Assembly: GCA_028819075.1 (NCBI GenBank)
Contig: JAPPMM010000065.1
Span: 83,067-147,066, forward strand
Length of the DNA: 64,000 nt
Direction: 5' to 3'
DNA from: Gammaproteobacteria bacterium
Lineage (GTDB): Bacteria; Gemmatimonadota; Gemmatimonadetes; Longimicrobiales; Gaopeijiaceae
Shown here: positions 60,215-64,000 of the stretch, piece by piece
Layout: each line of letters begins with the position of its first letter
Position numbering within the stretch: the stretch's first letter is position 1
The notes under the pieces: model-generated
Seen by the model: the letters and a program-made list of their open reading frames with translations, nothing else
What the model was told of the DNA's origin: nothing
The model's database searches: none
Position numbers and translations under genes: made by a program

Positions 60215-61464
60215 GACGGGATCCTCTCCCCCCGAATCAGATCGGCGAAGGACTCCCGCCGGCGGATCAGGTGAAGTCCGCCGCCGGCAACCAGCACTTC
60301 CGCCGGGCGCAGGCGGCTGTTGTAGTTCGAGGCCATGGAGAAACCGTAGGCGCCCGCGGTCCGCACCACCATGAGATCGCCCGCGGAAGGCAGCTCGATG
60401 GCGCGGTCGCGCGCGAGAAAGTCGCCGTCCTCGCACACGGGGCCCACCACGTCGGTCACTACCACCGCCGCGCCCGGACGCGCGCGCACCGGCTCGACCT
60501 GGTGATACCCGCCGTAGTGACTGGGGCGCAGCAGCTCGGTCATGCCCCCGTCCGTGATCACGAAGGTCTTGTTTCCGGATCGCTTCACGTACAGCACGCG
60601 CACGATGAGCGTCCCGGATTCGCCAACGATGAAGCGGCCCGGCTCCAGTACCAGCCGCAGGCCGCGCCGTCTTACGGCAGGCAGGACCGCTGCGGCGACG
60701 CGCGCGAGATCGATCTCGGAGTCGTCTCCGTAGGCGACCCCGAACCCACCACCCAGATCGACGTACTCGAGCGGGATGCCCTCATCGGAAAGCGCCCGCT
60801 CCAGGGCGAAGATCTCGCGCGCGGCGCGTTCGTACGGTTCGGCGTCCACGATCTGCGACCCGATGTGGACTGCGATGCCCGCGACCCGTAGCGCGGCCCG
60901 GGAGGCCGCCCATCGATAGAGGTCCATGATCTCGTCGGCGGGAACCCCGAATTTGGTGCCGGCGTGCCCCGTGCGCGTGTACTCGTGAGGCGTGGGCGAG
61001 GCGATGTCCAGGTTCACGCGCAGCGCGATGCGGGCGCGCACACCCCGCCGGACGGCGATGCGTTCAAGCAGATGCAGCTCCTCACGGCTCTCGACGTTGA
61101 ACCCGTAGATTCCGGCTTCCAGCCCCGCGCCGAGCTCCTCCTCGCTCTTGCCTGCACCGGCGAACACGATCCGCCTTGCCGGAATCCCCGCCTCGAGGGC
61201 GCGCGCCAGCTCTCCTCCGCTCACGATGTCGGCGCCGGAACCGAGCCGAGCCAGGCGGTTGAGAAGCGCCAGGTTTCCGTTGGCCTTGACCGAATAGGCC
61301 ACGAGCAGGCGGGCGCCCGCGAAGGCGGCTTCGAAGGTGCGATACCTGTCTTCCAGCAAGGCTCCATCGTAAAGATAGAGTGGGGTCCCGAAGCGAGCGG
61401 CGATGTCGTCGAGGGCGAACGGTCCGCAGCGGAGCACGCCGTCCGAGCGAGCCAGCGGAGTCAC
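60211..61464 (-). CDS. lysA: diaminopimelate decarboxylase
   Basis: [12 protein letters not shown]-lysine context AYSVKAN, and GGGFGV. Start set at GTG 61462-61464, 1 nt after the proS stop, so the start is moderately uncertain. The 613-aa tracked ORF is rejected. Confidence 0.85.
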   Translation of the reverse strand: MTPLARSDGVLRCGPFALDDIAARFGTPLYLYDGALLEDRYRTFEAAFAGARLLVAYSVKANGNLALLNRLARLGSGADIVSGGELARALEAGIPARRIVFAGAGKSEEELGAGLEAGIYGFNVESREELHLLERIAVRRGVRARIALRVNLDIASPTPHEYTRTGHAGTKFGVPADEIMDLYRWAASRAALRVAGIAVHIGSQIVDAEPYERAAREIFALERALSDEGIPLEYVDLGGGFGVAYGDDSEIDLARVAAAVLPAVRRRGLRLVLEPGRFIVGESGTLIVRVLYVKRSGNKTFVITDGGMTELLRPSHYGGYHQVEPVRARPGAAVVVTDVVGPVCEDGDFLARDRAIELPSAGDLMVVRTAGAYGFSMASNYNSRLRPAEVLVAGGGLHLIRRRESFADLIRGERIPS

Positions 61465-61465
61465 C

Positions 61466-62926
61466 TCAGTATGCCCGCGCCCACGCCACCTCCATTTTGG
61501 CAGCGCCGCCGCCGATGCACCGCGAAGGCCGGCTGGACGACGCGAACTCGTCGTCGGGGATGACCCGGATCGTGGCCCTGGTCGCCTGATTGACCTTCTC
61601 TTCCACGTCGGGGTCGCCGCTCCATCCGGTGTACACCAATCCACCCCCCGCGTCCAGGATCTCCTTGAGCTCGCCGAGATCCGAGACCCCCCTGTGGGAG
61701 TTGGCTTCGCGGCGCGCGCGGGCGCTCTCGAGCAAGTCTGCGTGCAAGGCGTCGAGAAGAGCCGGTAGGGTGGCCAGGGCTTCTTCGCGCGACAGAAAGC
61801 GCTTGCGCTCGCTGCTCGAGAACGGAACCCGCCGGGCCAGCACCACCTGCCCCTTCGCCACATCGCGCGGCCCGATTTCGGCGCGGAAGGGAGCGCCCTT
61901 GCGCTCCCACTCGTAGAACTTTGCCCCCGGGTTGAGGTGGTCGCGGGCGTCGATGCGCACCCGCACCCCTGCCGCGACCAGCTGGTCGCGGAAGCGGTCG
62001 GCCTCTTCCAGCACCAGTACGCGCTGCGCGTCCGTGCGCCAGATGGGCACAACCACGACCTGGGCCGGAGCGATCCGCGGCGGCACGACGATGCCGTTGT
62101 CGTCGCCGTGGGTCATCACCATGCCCCCGACCATGCGCGTGGACACGCCCCAGGAGGTGTTCCAGGCGTATTCCTCGCGCCCCGCCTCGCTCTGGAAGGT
62201 GAGGCCGAACTGGCGCGAGAAGTTCTGTCCCAGGAAGTGGGAGGTGCCCGCCTGAAGCGCGCGATTGTCCTGCATCAGCGCCTCCACGGAATAGCTTCGC
62301 ACCGCACCCGCAAACTTCTCCGATTCGCTCTTGAGCCCGCTGACCGGGGGCATCGCGATCCAGTCCTCCTGGAACTGCCGGTACACCCCGAGCATGCGCC
62401 GTGCCTCCTCTTCGGCCTCTTCCCGCGTCGCATGTGCGGTGTGGCCCTCCTGCCAGAGGAATTCCGAGGTCCGCAGAAAGAGCCGGGTGCGCAGCTCCCA
62501 GCGCATCACGTTGCACCACTGGTTCAGCAGCAGGGGCAGATCGCGATAGCTCTGCACCCACTTCGCGTACATCGAGTAGATGATGGTCTCGGAGGTCGGA
62601 CGAACGACATAGGGCTCATCGAGTTCCTTGCCGCCGGCGTGGCTCACCACCGCGAGCTCCGGCTTGAAGCCCTCGACGTGCTCCTTCTCGCGCTCGATGA
62701 AGCTCATCGGAATGAGCAGGGGGAAATAGGCGTTCTCGTGGCCGGTCTCCTTGAAGAGGCCGTCCAGTCCCTGCTGCATCAGTTCCCAGATCGCGTACCC
62801 CCAGGGACGAATGACCATGCATCCGCGCACCGGCGAATAGTCGGCCAGTTCCGCGCGCTGAACGACATCGTTGTACCAGGCCGAGAAGCTCTCGCTCCGG
62901 GGCGTCAGCCGCTTGTCATCAGCCAT
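61466..62926 (-). CDS. proS: proline--tRNA ligase (archaeal/eukaryote-like type)
   Basis: 486 aa, N-terminus FSAWYNDVVQRAELADYSPVRGCMVIRPWGYAIWE, class II core, and a C-terminal zinc-domain-like region ending in Tyr (...WARAY). Confidence 0.9.
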   Translation of the reverse strand: MADDKRLTPRSESFSAWYNDVVQRAELADYSPVRGCMVIRPWGYAIWELMQQGLDGLFKETGHENAYFPLLIPMSFIEREKEHVEGFKPELAVVSHAGGKELDEPYVVRPTSETIIYSMYAKWVQSYRDLPLLLNQWCNVMRWELRTRLFLRTSEFLWQEGHTAHATREEAEEEARRMLGVYRQFQEDWIAMPPVSGLKSESEKFAGAVRSYSVEALMQDNRALQAGTSHFLGQNFSRQFGLTFQSEAGREEYAWNTSWGVSTRMVGGMVMTHGDDNGIVVPPRIAPAQVVVVPIWRTDAQRVLVLEEADRFRDQLVAAGVRVRIDARDHLNPGAKFYEWERKGAPFRAEIGPRDVAKGQVVLARRVPFSSSERKRFLSREEALATLPALLDALHADLLESARARREANSHRGVSDLGELKEILDAGGGLVYTGWSGDPDVEEKVNQATRATIRVIPDDEFASSSRPSRCIGGGAAKMEVAWARAY

Positions 62927-63209
62927 TTGTCTGGTCCTGGGGGTGGCCCGCGGCGCCGCGGGAAGGGTCGCGTCTGTTCTCTCGGCGAAGTACGAAGAAC
63001 CCGGGAACGCTGAAGAGCAGGAGCGAGGAGATGAACCACGATATCCGGAAGGGCGCGCCCGTCAACTCGTTCAGGAGCAGCGCCACCAGCGCGCCCCCGC
63101 CCAGGGACAGGGCCGCGGCCGCGGCCAGAATGAAGAACTCGAGGATGTTGAGCCGGCGCACGGCGCGAGCCATGTCCCGGCGCACCCCCTTGTTGCCGTC
63201 GGCTACCAT
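62919..63209 (-). CDS. small hypothetical membrane protein (two predicted helices)
   Basis: 96 aa, hydrophobic segments ILEFFILAAAAALSLGGGALVALLL and ISWFISSLLLFSVPGFFVL. It overlaps both neighbours by a few nt. Confidence 0.45.
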   Translation of the reverse strand: MVADGNKGVRRDMARAVRRLNILEFFILAAAAALSLGGGALVALLLNELTGAPFRISWFISSLLLFSVPGFFVLRRENRRDPSRGAAGHPQDQTNG

Positions 63210-63709
63210 TCCGGGGGCGTTCCGTGGTAGAAGTAGACCCGGTGGCCGCTACCCCGCCCCGTTCCAACCTCGCCGTACCAGCCCTCCAGAGGAATCCATT
63301 CGCCCCAGGCCACGGGCACCAGATCGCCTTCATTCGCTCCCGGCGGCACCGCCGCGTGGTAGACGATCGCACGAATCGCGACCAGGGCCGAATCGCGGGC
63401 GGCGCGTTCGGGCAGCAGCTCCCGCAGGGTTCGGCTGAATTCCACGCGCCCGCCGGGCTCCTGCGCGAGCAGATGAAGGGTAAGGCGGCGGTCCAGCACC
63501 GGGTCCGGCACTTCATCGAAGAGGACGAGAGGAATCGCCTCGGCATCGTCGGCGCCGAAGGACGAACGCGCTGCCGGGGGCGCCGGAGCGGGCGCCGCGT
63601 CCTCCCTCGCGTCGGGTGGGCGGTCGGGAGAACAGGCTCCCGCGCACAGACACGCGGCAGCCCAGACGAGAACCCGCGGCGGTTGCCGGCCTGCCCGGCG
63701 AGAGGTCAT
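63203..63709 (-). CDS. hypothetical lipoprotein
   Basis: 168 aa, signal/lipobox-like VLVWAAACLCAGACS. The ATG overlaps the hisS stop (ATGA). No recognisable family. Confidence 0.5.
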   Translation of the reverse strand: MTSRRAGRQPPRVLVWAAACLCAGACSPDRPPDAREDAAPAPAPPAARSSFGADDAEAIPLVLFDEVPDPVLDRRLTLHLLAQEPGGRVEFSRTLRELLPERAARDSALVAIRAIVYHAAVPPGANEGDLVPVAWGEWIPLEGWYGEVGTGRGSGHRVYFYHGTPPEW

Positions 63710-64000
63710 GGCGTCGGCCTGCCCCGGCGCAGATCGGCCAGCGAGACTTCCTGCTGACTGCCTTGCGCCATGTCGCGGATCACCGCCACCCCTCTCGCCG
63801 TCTCCACCGGCCCCAGAAGTATGACCCTGCGGGCCCCCTGGCGGGCGGCCATGGCCAGCTGCTTGCGCACGGGACGTTGCTCCAGGGCATAGGAGACGGT
63901 GGAACCCGCCTCCCGCAGGGCGTGGGCGATTTCCCGTCCCAGCAGACGCTGGGCCGGCGAGACGCTGGCAATGAACCAGTCCATCGCGGGGGTCGACCGC
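63706..64000 (-). CDS. hisS: histidine--tRNA ligase, C-terminal anticodon-binding domain (gene starts beyond the right edge)
   Basis: The frame is open to position 64000. DWFIASVSP...EIAHALREAGSTVSYALEQRPVRKQLAMAARQGARRVILLGPVETARGVAVIRDMAQGSQQEV fits the HGTP anticodon-binding domain pattern of HisRS. Another class IIa enzyme cannot be fully excluded from this fragment. Confidence 0.65.
   Translation of the reverse strand, partial: RSTPAMDWFIASVSPAQRLLGREIAHALREAGSTVSYALEQRPVRKQLAMAARQGARRVILLGPVETARGVAVIRDMAQGSQQEVSLADLRRGRPTP

Overview
High-GC (roughly two-thirds G+C by eye), gene-dense bacterial chromosomal segment with about 56 protein-coding genes, all but five on the minus strand. I found no rRNA, tRNA or CRISPR array. 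Most of it is core housekeeping. This includes the canonical yceD-rpmF-plsX-fabH-fabD-fabG-acpP-fabF lipid cluster (1-5238), ndk and sucDC, a UPF0182-like giant membrane protein, and a phosphomannomutase/phosphoglucomutase. A complete 14-gene NADH:quinone oxidoreductase operon nuoA-N spans 12207-26355. Further right are purH/purN, an MBL hydrolase, erpA, selA, valS, rsmI, trxA, methylmalonyl-CoA epimerase, clpB, an OPT transporter, guaA, lysA, proS and the 3' end of hisS. Many gene junctions are 4-nt ATGA/GTGA start-stop overlaps, so long co-directional strings look translationally coupled. The gene set (archaeal-type ProRS, DUF4159/DUF4175-like envelope genes, UPF0182) is compatible with Gemmatimonadota or a neighbouring lineage, but that is only a guess. 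Five things stand out. (1) A tightly coupled four-gene envelope module of unknown function lies at 43981-51096: a DUF4159-like protein, a 1126-aa membrane protein with a ~580-aa acidic coiled-coil, a TPR-like protein, and a secreted protein with a possible amidotransferase-like fold. (2) A DinG/XPD-type Fe-S helicase carries an intact RadC-like JAB/JAMM domain at its N-terminus (41340-43940). (3) Two copies of a 17-bp AT-rich palindrome TCTGCCA-N3-TGGCAGA lie just upstream of clpB (56031-56071). (4) A low-GC insertion scar with a truncated transposase N-terminus sits inside a ~1 kb gene-free gap between nuoA and a TonB-dependent receptor (26356-27369). (5) An orphan selA follows an Ig-like lipoprotein whose C-terminus carries degenerate DSxxRDT(I/V) repeats. 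All family assignments come from motif recognition by eye and need HMM/BLAST confirmation.
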